Source of the DNA: a virus
Strand: one strand, 5' to 3'
IMG/VR virus record: IMGVR_UViG_3300035204_002571
Location: 17,921-81,920 of that record
DNA: 64,000 nucleotides
In this document: one piece after another, positions 1 to 9,971 of the stretch
Layout: each line of letters starts with the position of its first letter
Numbering within the stretch: position 1 is the stretch's first letter
Translations under genes and position numbers: made by a program
Notes under the pieces: generated by a model
Told to the model about the DNA's origin: nothing
What the model saw: the letters and a program-made list of their open reading frames with translations, nothing else
Database searches by the model: none

Positions 1-1179
1 GCTTACAGTAGTATAGCAGAAAAAACAGGCATAACTACAACAAATGTTGCAAATACATTAAATAGCGCTATAGCAGGGTTTGAGCAGCTTGGTTTGGCAG
101 CAGATTTTGGTAGGCCAATTCTAGAAGGCTTTGGGAATGTTATGGATGATATGGGTCTTGGTATTGAAAACGCAACACAATTGACAACAACTTTAACTCA
201 AGCTTTGGCTGGATTAACAACGAATTATGCAAATGCCTACATAATGATGCAAAAGGGCGGACTGGATATGGGGGCAGGCGGAGGTGTTTTGGGCGCATCC
301 ATTGGCATGCAGGCGGCGATGCTAGATGCAGAAAAGACTGGGGATCAAGCAGCTATTGGTGAGCAGTTAGTTTCTGGATTAAAAGGAACTTTGGAATCAT
401 TTACCGGAGGTGATATAGTAACGGTGCAACAGGCAGCAGAGTCTCCAGAGCTTCAGAATCAATTTTATGTTCAGCAGCAGATGCTTTCGAAGCAATTTGG
501 CATAAGTGATCCAAAGCAAGCAACGCGTGTACTTGATCTGCTAGCAGGGCTGGATGAGGCTACAAAGGCTGGAGATGCTGATTCAAAGGCAGAATTGCAA
601 AAACAGTTAGCAAATGAGATGGACGGCAGAGATAAAACACTAGGAGAGTGGGATAAGGCCAATAGACAGTTAGAGATTCAGTCTAATCTTTTGGCAGTAA
701 TAGCAAGGCCAACTCTAACTCAGGCTAAAAAATTTGCTGCTGCTGGAATTGAAAAAACCGTTAGTCCCGCCATTGAGGCTGCAGGCGGGCAGGTGCAAGA
801 GTATGCTGCATCAGGTCAACAGAGCTTGTTTAATTTTCTCAAAGCTCGCGGGCTTATTGATGAGGATGATTCTATATATCAGACTTTAGCAGCACAAGAC
901 AACCCTCCTCCATCGGGCGCTACAGGTGCCGTTACTGAGTTGGATGAACGACAACAACGTCGACGAGCACTTAGGAGTACTGCAGTAACTCGGGCGGCGA
1001 GGTTTATACCAGAAGTAGAAGGCGAGAGGTCCCCAGGGGCTGCCAACCAAGAATCTGGGCGAGATAGTGATTCGCAAGGTAGGCCTGTTCATATTACAAT
1101 AGATCTTACTTCCGAGGCTAGTGAGGTTGTTAGGCTTTCTCAAGATACTCAAAATAGACTATCCGGAGGAGCGGGATAG
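1..1179 (+). CDS. Tail tape-measure-like protein, C-terminal part (5'-truncated by window edge)
   Basis: Frame is open from base 1 (AYSSIAEKTGITTTNVANTLNSAIAGFEQLGLAADFG...), so the ORF-track start at 94 is internal. A/G/Q/L-rich helical sequence located directly upstream of baseplate genes. Confidence 0.6.
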   Translation, partial: AYSSIAEKTGITTTNVANTLNSAIAGFEQLGLAADFGRPILEGFGNVMDDMGLGIENATQLTTTLTQALAGLTTNYANAYIMMQKGGLDMGAGGGVLGASIGMQAAMLDAEKTGDQAAIGEQLVSGLKGTLESFTGGDIVTVQQAAESPELQNQFYVQQQMLSKQFGISDPKQATRVLDLLAGLDEATKAGDADSKAELQKQLANEMDGRDKTLGEWDKANRQLEIQSNLLAVIARPTLTQAKKFAAAGIEKTVSPAIEAAGGQVQEYAASGQQSLFNFLKARGLIDEDDSIYQTLAAQDNPPPSGATGAVTELDERQQRRRALRSTAVTRAARFIPEVEGERSPGAANQESGRDSDSQGRPVHITIDLTSEASEVVRLSQDTQNRLSGGAG

Positions 1180-1182
1180 AAG

Positions 1183-2175
1183 ATGGATTTAATTCAAAGA
1201 CAAACTATAATATTTTTTCTTCCAATTAGTATTGATGCCTTAACAGATGATCAGAGTCCATATACTGCGTCAAAAGATGGTAGTGCATTTTGGGATAAAA
1301 GACAGTTATATATAAACCCACAATCTATAAGCATTAGAGATGCAAAGCTTGTAAAGCCAGACCTCACAAAGGGAGGCTTCGTTGTTCAGTACTGGGGAGA
1401 GCAGCTTCCTGTTATGGAGGTGCAAGGGGTTACGGGTTCAGCAGGTATAGCTGGAATAAATGTTCTTAAAGATATTTATAGACATGAGCAAATTCAATAT
1501 AGACAAGTTTTGGCAGATCGCCAAGCTGAGTTAGCTACAGCTGCATTAGCAGCGGCCGAAGCTGCAGCTTCAGAGTTATCATCGCCATCAAATGTTGGCG
1601 AAAGCTTAACTCTTGCGGCAGATGTACTGACTGGCGGAGCTTTTTCAAGTGCAGTATCTGGCGTAAGTAACGCAATAGATATAATAACAGATCCGTTCTC
1701 TGGAGGTACAAGCTTTGGAGATACATATGGTGGTTCAGGAACATTTACAACGATTCCAACGCTTGCTTCGTTTGCTACAAATGTAGACCTGTATCATCAA
1801 GGAGAATTTTTTAGAGGATTCTTTACAGGATTTAATGTTACTGAGACAGCAAATGAGCCTGGACATTTTAGTTATACTTTTTCTTTTACGGTAACCAGAA
1901 GGACGGGTAAGAGAGAGAACTTTATGCCATGGCATAGAGAGCCGACAGACGCTGCAGGAGAAACTATTATGAGTCAAAAGACTACAGAGGAGAAAGGAGC
2001 TTATCCTGGAAATACTAATTTATCTTTTGAGACTGAAATTACAAGACGAGGCCAATTATTTGATGAACCAAATATAGGCTATGTTAGCAGCGAATTCGTA
2101 GAGCCGATTGTAGACGTAGAAGACCTCTTAAATGAGACACCTGTAAGCAGAAGGAGTCAGGCTAAGGGTGAATAA
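1183..2175 (+). CDS. Tail tube initiator / baseplate organisation protein (tube-fold)
   Basis: LYINPQSISI...TKGGFVVQYWGEQL...GVTG and FRGFFTGFNVTETANEPGHFSYTFSFTV are patterns typical of tube-fold proteins that sit between tape measure and hub. Position fits. Confidence 0.6.
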   Translation: MDLIQRQTIIFFLPISIDALTDDQSPYTASKDGSAFWDKRQLYINPQSISIRDAKLVKPDLTKGGFVVQYWGEQLPVMEVQGVTGSAGIAGINVLKDIYRHEQIQYRQVLADRQAELATAALAAAEAAASELSSPSNVGESLTLAADVLTGGAFSSAVSGVSNAIDIITDPFSGGTSFGDTYGGSGTFTTIPTLASFATNVDLYHQGEFFRGFFTGFNVTETANEPGHFSYTFSFTVTRRTGKRENFMPWHREPTDAAGETIMSQKTTEEKGAYPGNTNLSFETEITRRGQLFDEPNIGYVSSEFVEPIVDVEDLLNETPVSRRSQAKGE

Positions 2176-2184
2176 TTTTAAAAG

Positions 2185-2193
2185 TAGTATAAT
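2185..2193 (+). promoter_or_regulatory. Possible sigma70 -10 element (TAGTATAAT)
   Basis: TATAAT at 2188-2193 in a 40-bp intergenic gap upstream of the hub gene. No clear -35. Confidence 0.35.
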
Positions 2194-2215
2194 AGTTTAG
2201 CAAAGGCGGTTCTGT

Positions 2216-5200
2216 ATGAGTTCTTCTTCAGATTTAAATATTCATAAACAAATGTCTGCAACATTTCAAAGGGTTAGACGAAATATTGTAGAAGGAAGAG
2301 ATCCATTCCACGTTTCTTTAGTTGGAACTGGAGCGTCTGTATTTTTGGATCAAAATCATGCAAACTCTATAACTCCAGATACCAGAAACATTGTAGCCAT
2401 GTCTCCCGAAGCTACTATTCTGGTTAAGAAGAAGGTCTTTTCTTCGTTAAGAAGCGCAAATGACTTAAGATATATAGATAAGACTGAAAAAATGCTACTA
2501 TGGGCAACAAAGGCATTGTTTGCATACAAAGTTCAGCAGATAAGGGCTTATGAGAGCCTTACAAAATTCGAAAATTTTTATGCTGAAAATCAAATGTATA
2601 GCATGAATCTTCTGTCATCGTTTATAAAAGAAGGATCTCTTTTAAATATAGATAAATTGGCATACACTGCTAGTGAATATGCTCAGAAGAAGCTAGAAGA
2701 GTGGCTTGATGAAACCATAGATAAATGGGTGGATGATGATTACGGAACACCATTTACATATGATATTTCTACAGGATCATTTATTGGCAAAGATGAGCCC
2801 GTCATACCAACCTCGCCAAGCATTCTAGATCCCGACTCTCTTAGGAGAAATATGCCCAGCTTAAGAGCTACGGTTACCAACAGAGAGTATATTCAAACAT
2901 TATCATCTTCTCAGGCTAATGCTATTTTGGAAAACAAGAAGAATGAATTTAAAGTAGAGTACGAAGGGGTTGATGGAAATGCAGCTCTTTTGGGAGAAGC
3001 GGAAGAAAACTTATCTATAGAGCTAGATACCTTTCTTAGTGATGTTGCAGATATCGTGGGAATTGGAGCTTCTGCCGAAACTTATGAGGCTATGAACGAT
3101 GATATAGAGGCCACTCTTAGAAGAAATGCATTTTCTGTGGATAATCAGTTGACAACATGGGTTGTTGACCCAGAGAGTGAGGAGAATTATATAATAGGAC
3201 CAGGAACTGGGGTTATTGAGGTTGCAATATTCAACAACTTTAATACAACCACCAATTATAATTCGTCGCCATCTTCTGCAAGCTTCTCTATGACATATCC
3301 CTACAGAATTGGAACAGTCTTGGAGGACGATATAGAGCTTGCTATAGAAGAGGCGCTTTACGGGACTGTAGGCGTGCTTAGCAGCTTGATAGATGGAGAA
3401 TTTAGGTCAGAGGGCATGGGCTCAATCGCTGGGCCACAGGATAGCACGGCGCCTCCGCTAGACGCATCCTCGGTGTTGTCTGCAGCTCTTGAGTTGGGCG
3501 GAATAGGGTCTATGGATTCGTCTTTAGATACAGATTATATCAGAGATAGGCTTAGAACCTTTTATCTTGGAAAGCCGTTTATAAACCCTCCAGACCCTGT
3601 GCATTTTTATATACGTGGAAATAGAACTTTTACTGATTACACGTCATCTGGTTCTTCTTATCCAGAAGAAACTAGTGACGCGCCTTTTGATACAGGGTTC
3701 TTAGAGATTGATGACGTAATTTTAAAAGCAGAGTATCAGCTTTATACGACTCAATCTATAAGTTATGAGCAATACAAGGAGATGAGAAGGTTTCAAGACA
3801 CTTCTTTTGGAATGATTCATGTATTCGGAGGCTTGGTTCAAAATACATCCGAGACATTTAATGGTGGATTTTGGAATTTAAATGTTTCATGCATTGATAA
3901 TATGGAATGGTTAAGGTGGAGCAGGTTTTCTATTAAGCCATCTTTATCTGATCCTAAGAATATACTGGAAGACCCCTTGACTCCGTTTGAGTTAGTTAAG
4001 GATGAGCTTGGACAGGTTGTTGCTTCGGAGAAGGATTTATTATATGAAAATAAATTATTGCTAGACACCGGTCTTTTAAGTTTTGATTCTGGACTTTTCG
4101 CTGGACAAAATGCTACAGAGGGTAATTTGCTCCAGGGACAATACAATGGGGCAGGCTCTTCAGATGGTAAGAAAATTCTTCAGCATCCTAATGGGTTTGT
4201 TTATAGATGGAAGACTGGAGTGATAACAGCGACTGGAGGGTTCCAGGTCGTTGATGCTACAGGGGAAAATCAAGCTGCTACAACACAATTTTCTCAAAGA
4301 TATTCTGTTACAGCAGCAAATGATGTATTAAACAACTTGGATATTCCAAATATCTTAAGCATCTTAATCGTTGGGCAGCCATATAACATAGAGACTTTTA
4401 TAGAGCAATCTTTTGCGGCACATAATAAAAAAGATACTTCTGTAAATATGTCTCCAGACGATCCATTAACCGGAGTTGTAGAGGCAGTTAGAAAGCAGAA
4501 TGAGTATTATGGAAACTTCCATCCATATAGGATGTTAAGTGTAAGTTCATCATCTGCAGAACAGATGATGAGCCAAGCGGGAGTACGCGAAACTGCAAAT
4601 AATAATGTAAAAAATCTGCAAAAAAGAAAAGTTAAGATTAGAAAAAAAATAAGAGATTTAAAGAAGAGCATAAAAGTAGGCGCTAATACAGGAATTCCTG
4701 CCTCAGCCCTTGTATCAACATTAGAGGCTGAGATAGCAACTATTGACGCCGCCATATATCAGCAGGTAAAGACTGGCATGCAAGCAGATGGCGCTTTAAC
4801 GGCGGCTGATGAGGTTGGCATTCAAATAAGTCTATCCGGATTAGCTCAGATGGGAGAGAGTCTAGTTTCTGGCGATGAGGATGAGAATCATGATATAACA
4901 AGAGGAATGATGCTTGTTGGCGCTCAAAGAAGAATAGAGGACGTTAGGCTTAATAGGGATAGAAATTTATTTATAGTGTCGGATCAATATGACATGGCAG
5001 ACATTAGACCCTTCATTCTTAGTTTAAACGAATCTGGGTGGAACTTGTTCAACAGTGAGTATGTTGACGTTTTTGACAGGTGCAAGGCTGCTACAGGTCA
5101 TTTGAAATTAGAATTTTTCTGCAATACACAAGGGCACTTGGAATTTAGACCTCCTCTTTGGAACAGAACTCCTATATCAGTTTTGAAAGAATCTATAAGA

Positions 5201-7459
5201 CTACAGGAAGAGTCCAATGTGACTATTATGCCTTCCTTTATAACGGATTTGTTTCAAACAAGGATAGAGGGATTATATTTAGAAATACACACTTTAAATG
5301 TTAAGATTGTATTGCTATCATTAATGTTAGGAAAGTATCCTGACCTATACTTAATACCAAACATGAAGCTTTCAGGCCCAGCTTCATTGGAATTTTTCGG
5401 AGTAAAGGCTCCTGCGGCTGGAGATAGCGCCGGTAGCGGCTTCCTGGGGGGACTAGGGTCATTTTTAACGGGTGGGGGATCTTCTCAGAGTGGCGCATTG
5501 CAACTAGATATGATGGAGTATGAGAATTCTACAGGAGATTTGGTTGAGCAAAACAATTCATTATTTGGAGAGGGATTAAGGATCACGGCATCCTTTCAAG
5601 ACAAGGGTGATATATTAGGTGGAGACACCGAATCTTTGCTTGGAACATTTGATCCAATTTTTCAAGAAGATGTTGGAGCATTCAATGATGTGCTTAATGT
5701 GGCTGAATCATCAGGATCAAGATCAAATGTTCGGCCGCCTGCGCAGCATTTGGCTAATGCAGAGAACTTGAATTATATAAGAAACACCTTTAAGAAACAG
5801 TTCGGACGAGATCCGGGCAGTGGCCTCGGGCTTGATGCAGCAAGCGGGTTTGTCGATAAAAGCGGCGGATCTGATAAGTCTAGTTTTATATTTGAAATGG
5901 GCGAAGATGATATAGATAATGCTCTTATGAGTAGCAATGGTCTTTTTGCAAAACTTAAAAAAGCTATTTCAAAAAGAGATAGCTATGTATCTATGCTTCA
6001 GGCTAATTTGGCAAAACAAGAGGAGTTAGAAGAGATTGAGGCCTTTTTAGGAACAGGAACGGAGACAGATGATATAAGCGTTTCAGATGGTGGTCAGTAC
6101 GGAATCCCTACGGGAGAGGGAACCGCTGTAGACTTTTTAGAAAAGTTAGCAACAAGCATTGAGAATACTGTAGAGATTATAACGGGGAAAGTTGCGGAGG
6201 GTACAGTTTATGACCACTTGCTTGAAGATGACTCTAGAAACCTTTTGGGATATGGGTCTGGGAAAAGATATATATTAAAAGATGAGTATATCATGAACGC
6301 TACATTTACAGAGACTCCTCCTGATTTTACAAGAGTAGATATCAAGGGCGATGCACCACTGGGTATGGGCCAAGGCCTTAATGCCGGTGTCGATGGCCTG
6401 TATTTTTGGGCAGGAGCAACAGACTTTGACCTATGGAGGCAATATGGATACAAATCTGGTGGAGAGATAAAGCTTCCTTTTGTAAGCGATGTAGAGGGTC
6501 AGGCTAGGCCATATGCTATTTTGGAATTAATTTTACAAAAATTAAATATAAACAGAGCAGATATGACGGTTGTAGGTAATGAATTTTACCAACCAGGAGA
6601 CACAATTTATGTGCCATCTAAAGGGCTGCTGTATTATGTTCAATCTGTCTCTCACAACTTTTCATATGGAAGCAGCTTTACAACAAAGCTTTCTTTGATA
6701 TATGGCCATCCACCAGGTCAGTATGTTCCAAGTCCTTTGGATATTATTGGACAGAATCTTGTATCAAATTTCCTTGAAGATCCAGCTTTGATATATAGAA
6801 CCCAAGGAAGCGATGATAACTATAGAGTATTAAAGCCAGATTCAACGCTTGTTTTCTCGGGAAATATAAGCATGGAAGGCTTGTTAAGCAGTAAGGATAA
6901 CCAAAGAAGATTTACAAATATGATGATAGATATGACAGGATCTTTGTCTGGATCAAAATATGTTTTAATAAGAGGCTTTGCCAAAGATGAAAATGATACA
7001 GATGGAATTAGGAAGGCAAATGAGAAGCTGGCAGTAGTAAGGGCTTTGCTTGAAAATCCGGCTCAAATCTCTCAAAATAATGAACTTAAAAGTATGCGTT
7101 TGCCAAATAATATGCCTGTAATATCAGTAAACTCTACAAAGATTATAGAGCAGGTCTCTTACTTAGAGAGAAGTGATGATACAAATCCTATAGGTGAAAT
7201 AAAATGTATGGACAGAAAGCTTTCTTCTATTTTTAAGTCATCAGTAGATCAGTCCTATACTAATTCTGAAGGAGGAACTGTGCTAAAGAAAGGTACTGAC
7301 TTAGGAGTTTTCCCCAAAGGCGGGCCTCTTCAGTCTAGCTGGCTTGATATACGAGAAGATCTTATGAGTGATAAGAGGGGCGAAATAAAAATTGTCGAAG
7401 TTGGAGTTGTAAATATACCAAACAGCCTATTAGATACAACCCTAGAGACTGCCGAGTAG
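2216..7459 (+). CDS. Baseplate hub protein (gp27 / P2 gpD-like), greatly enlarged, 1747 aa
   Basis: LEFFCNTQGHLEFRPP and the C-terminal INRADMTVVGNEFYQPGDTIYV..LLYYVQSVSHNFSYGSSFTTKLSLIYG match the hub/late-control-D pattern. Synteny fits. Confidence 0.7.
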   Translation: MSSSSDLNIHKQMSATFQRVRRNIVEGRDPFHVSLVGTGASVFLDQNHANSITPDTRNIVAMSPEATILVKKKVFSSLRSANDLRYIDKTEKMLLWATKALFAYKVQQIRAYESLTKFENFYAENQMYSMNLLSSFIKEGSLLNIDKLAYTASEYAQKKLEEWLDETIDKWVDDDYGTPFTYDISTGSFIGKDEPVIPTSPSILDPDSLRRNMPSLRATVTNREYIQTLSSSQANAILENKKNEFKVEYEGVDGNAALLGEAEENLSIELDTFLSDVADIVGIGASAETYEAMNDDIEATLRRNAFSVDNQLTTWVVDPESEENYIIGPGTGVIEVAIFNNFNTTTNYNSSPSSASFSMTYPYRIGTVLEDDIELAIEEALYGTVGVLSSLIDGEFRSEGMGSIAGPQDSTAPPLDASSVLSAALELGGIGSMDSSLDTDYIRDRLRTFYLGKPFINPPDPVHFYIRGNRTFTDYTSSGSSYPEETSDAPFDTGFLEIDDVILKAEYQLYTTQSISYEQYKEMRRFQDTSFGMIHVFGGLVQNTSETFNGGFWNLNVSCIDNMEWLRWSRFSIKPSLSDPKNILEDPLTPFELVKDELGQVVASEKDLLYENKLLLDTGLLSFDSGLFAGQNATEGNLLQGQYNGAGSSDGKKILQHPNGFVYRWKTGVITATGGFQVVDATGENQAATTQFSQRYSVTAANDVLNNLDIPNILSILIVGQPYNIETFIEQSFAAHNKKDTSVNMSPDDPLTGVVEAVRKQNEYYGNFHPYRMLSVSSSSAEQMMSQAGVRETANNNVKNLQKRKVKIRKKIRDLKKSIKVGANTGIPASALVSTLEAEIATIDAAIYQQVKTGMQADGALTAADEVGIQISLSGLAQMGESLVSGDEDENHDITRGMMLVGAQRRIEDVRLNRDRNLFIVSDQYDMADIRPFILSLNESGWNLFNSEYVDVFDRCKAATGHLKLEFFCNTQGHLEFRPPLWNRTPISVLKESIRLQEESNVTIMPSFITDLFQTRIEGLYLEIHTLNVKIVLLSLMLGKYPDLYLIPNMKLSGPASLEFFGVKAPAAGDSAGSGFLGGLGSFLTGGGSSQSGALQLDMMEYENSTGDLVEQNNSLFGEGLRITASFQDKGDILGGDTESLLGTFDPIFQEDVGAFNDVLNVAESSGSRSNVRPPAQHLANAENLNYIRNTFKKQFGRDPGSGLGLDAASGFVDKSGGSDKSSFIFEMGEDDIDNALMSSNGLFAKLKKAISKRDSYVSMLQANLAKQEELEEIEAFLGTGTETDDISVSDGGQYGIPTGEGTAVDFLEKLATSIENTVEIITGKVAEGTVYDHLLEDDSRNLLGYGSGKRYILKDEYIMNATFTETPPDFTRVDIKGDAPLGMGQGLNAGVDGLYFWAGATDFDLWRQYGYKSGGEIKLPFVSDVEGQARPYAILELILQKLNINRADMTVVGNEFYQPGDTIYVPSKGLLYYVQSVSHNFSYGSSFTTKLSLIYGHPPGQYVPSPLDIIGQNLVSNFLEDPALIYRTQGSDDNYRVLKPDSTLVFSGNISMEGLLSSKDNQRRFTNMMIDMTGSLSGSKYVLIRGFAKDENDTDGIRKANEKLAVVRALLENPAQISQNNELKSMRLPNNMPVISVNSTKIIEQVSYLERSDDTNPIGEIKCMDRKLSSIFKSSVDQSYTNSEGGTVLKKGTDLGVFPKGGPLQSSWLDIREDLMSDKRGEIKIVEVGVVNIPNSLLDTTLETAE

Positions 7460-7466
7460 AGGATAC

Positions 7467-9863
7467 ATGGCTACAGCAACAAATCAAATACTGACCTTAG
7501 CAATCTATGAAGGCGATGTTGTAGATGTTAAGAGTGACGGAACAATGCTTTGCACAAGCTCTATTCAGGGGATGGATTCACCCATAGAGGTGCCCGGTCT
7601 ATATGGTGGATGCAGTGATGCAGGAATGTATTCTGGGCAGGGAGGCTCAGGTGTTCAGCCGGGAGACAAGGTGTTGTTATGCAGGGTGCATCCCGGAAGT
7701 ATGGGGGTAACACAGGCTCTTAGAGTTATTCCTGGGAAAAATAGAACAAAAAATACGAAAGAAGTTAGCCCTGGTCCCGGCCAGCCATCCGGAAGAACCA
7801 ACTATCCAGTAAGAACATTAAAAGATGGAGACATTATGATCTCCGGCTCTGGCGGAGGCTTTCTTTCGCTGAGTGGAAACATCATAAAAAATGAAGTTTT
7901 TGTAGGGAATGTTTTAAAGAGCGGACTGTATGTGGGATGCTCTGGCAAAAAGACGGGTCTAGCAACAGTATCTCACACTATTCAGAGTGCTAGCTCTGGG
8001 CACAGGCTTTACTGCGGAGATGTAAACAGGGTAGCTGGCGGTTCGAATGGTCCCGCAAGTACATCTGGTTCGGGGCATGAGATAGGGGCTGTATCGACAG
8101 AGACGGTCGGCAGGACAAAAGGTCTTTTGTCTGATTCGGACGCCGCAGAGACATCTTTTCTTGGAGGAGTAAGAAACCCTGCTATATCACAATATAGATT
8201 GGTTATAAATGAAGTTTCTGAACATAGTAAGTTTAAGGGTTGGGATTTAGAGGCCGTATTAAGGTCAAAGCCAGGGATTGGATCGTTTTCTGGATCGAAA
8301 GAAAATAGGGCTCTTGGGGCTGACAATGTACTGCATCTGCAGCCACATCAGTTGATTGAAATAATAGGTGGAAATGTTGTAAATAATAGCGGCGATATGT
8401 TAGATCCAAATTATGGAGTGCTGGATACTGGAGTTTCAGAAGAGTCTGAGGTTAGCTATGAGGAAGCTAGGCTCAATAGTAGGCGAGGAATTGGTTATCA
8501 TTTTCAGATGTCTACAAACTCTTTGTCAACAGAAACATCAAATGATGTAAATAATTTTGTTTACGCCATTGACAAAGAAGGATCTTTGAAAGTTAGCGTT
8601 CCAAGGTCTTCTAAGACTGGAAATATTCTATATCCAACTAGTGCCAACTTTTATGATGAGGGCGGCACAGTAAGTTCTGGGCCAGATAGTCAAGGGATAA
8701 ATCCTGAAGAGAAAATACCTGTTTTATTAAGAACAAAGGGCAATGAGGCTGCTTTACCCCCGTCAACTGTAGTGACAACATCTCCAAGTCAAAGGGCTGT
8801 TACAGATACTGCTAGAAAAACTGGAATTAGATTTAAAAATGATAACAATTATTTTCAGGGAGTTAGAGAGGTTATTGGTGGAGACGGCAAGAATGTTAGA
8901 ATAAATCCAACGAAATATCATAATATGTATGCTGCGGCTGAAATGTTAATTGCAAATATGGCAGACGGCATCATGGTTCCAACGGATACATCTGAATGCC
9001 CAGGCATAGAGATGGGCAACTCTATAGGCGAACCTTTCGAAAGATATTCAGTAAGCAATGATGGTGATGGAACAGATTCAAATACCGAGACAAAATTCAT
9101 GACAGTTATAAAGGTTGCACCAGGTCAGCCTGCCATAGACACTGGAGGCGGAGTAATAGTTGCAGGGACAGATGGGTCTGCAAGCACAGTGCAAGGAGAT
9201 GATGATGCTAGAATCAATGTTCCTTATGCAAATGCTTTTACGGTAGGATCAGAGGGCGGAACCGACCTGGAGGAGGGTGCGAAAAGTCCAGGAGGTAAAA
9301 GTGCCAATATAAACTTTGAAGGCTCCATAGAAATGTCGGTAGGAAAAGACGATAACGATCAGAAAAGTATACTTCTAGATACCGCCGGAGCCTTGGTGGC
9401 ATGGTTTGGAAAAGATAAGAATGATAGAAGCTTAATAGTTCAAACAGATGGAGGGGTTCTTTTGAATGTGGGAGGAGTAAATGGAGATGTTTTTAACAAA
9501 GGAAGGCTCGATCTAAGGGTTAACGTGACTAACAAGGGGTGGCTTGGAGATGACGACTTTACGCCTCAAGGCGGACCACATGCTTCGGATTATTTGATAT
9601 CAATAAGTGAAAATGGATTGGTAATAGCAGGCATGAAGCCAGACACTCCAATGATAATAAGAAATGATGGAAATTTATCTATTGAAAGTACGGCCAAGTT
9701 AATTCTAGCAGGACAATCGGTAGAGATGAGAGAGGGGAATCGACCTCCAAGCAAAACGCATAAAGCTCCGGTCTCTCAAGATCAAGAGACTCCAACTGCA
9801 GAGTCAGTGGCAGATGACGTTGGGTGTCTTATAACGCTTCTTAGTGAAATAACTGGTGATTAA
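7467..9863 (+). CDS. Baseplate central spike-like protein (gp5/gpV-type), 798 aa
   Basis: N-terminal OB-fold-like segment (GDVVDV...VQPGDKVLLCRV) and C-terminal short beta-strand repeats (SANINFEGSIEMSVGKD, SLIVQTDGGVLLNVG, GNLSIESTAKLILAGQSVEM). Follows the hub. No lysozyme motif seen. Confidence 0.55.
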   Translation: MATATNQILTLAIYEGDVVDVKSDGTMLCTSSIQGMDSPIEVPGLYGGCSDAGMYSGQGGSGVQPGDKVLLCRVHPGSMGVTQALRVIPGKNRTKNTKEVSPGPGQPSGRTNYPVRTLKDGDIMISGSGGGFLSLSGNIIKNEVFVGNVLKSGLYVGCSGKKTGLATVSHTIQSASSGHRLYCGDVNRVAGGSNGPASTSGSGHEIGAVSTETVGRTKGLLSDSDAAETSFLGGVRNPAISQYRLVINEVSEHSKFKGWDLEAVLRSKPGIGSFSGSKENRALGADNVLHLQPHQLIEIIGGNVVNNSGDMLDPNYGVLDTGVSEESEVSYEEARLNSRRGIGYHFQMSTNSLSTETSNDVNNFVYAIDKEGSLKVSVPRSSKTGNILYPTSANFYDEGGTVSSGPDSQGINPEEKIPVLLRTKGNEAALPPSTVVTTSPSQRAVTDTARKTGIRFKNDNNYFQGVREVIGGDGKNVRINPTKYHNMYAAAEMLIANMADGIMVPTDTSECPGIEMGNSIGEPFERYSVSNDGDGTDSNTETKFMTVIKVAPGQPAIDTGGGVIVAGTDGSASTVQGDDDARINVPYANAFTVGSEGGTDLEEGAKSPGGKSANINFEGSIEMSVGKDDNDQKSILLDTAGALVAWFGKDKNDRSLIVQTDGGVLLNVGGVNGDVFNKGRLDLRVNVTNKGWLGDDDFTPQGGPHASDYLISISENGLVIAGMKPDTPMIIRNDGNLSIESTAKLILAGQSVEMREGNRPPSKTHKAPVSQDQETPTAESVADDVGCLITLLSEITGD

Positions 9864-9906
9864 CAAAGCCAGCAAGTATAAGTGGAAGCATTGTGATTAA
9901 TAATCA

Positions 9907-9946
9907 ACTAATTTATTCATAATTTATATAGATAAATTAGTACAAT
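9907..9946 (+). promoter_or_regulatory. 10-bp perfect inverted repeat abutting a -10-like TACAAT
   Basis: ACTAATTTAT (9907-9916) and ATAAATTAGT (9932-9941) with a 15-nt spacer. TACAAT at 9941-9946, ATG at 9972. Confidence 0.45.
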
Positions 9947-9971
9947 ACTAGTTAGTTTAGAGAGAAGTTTA

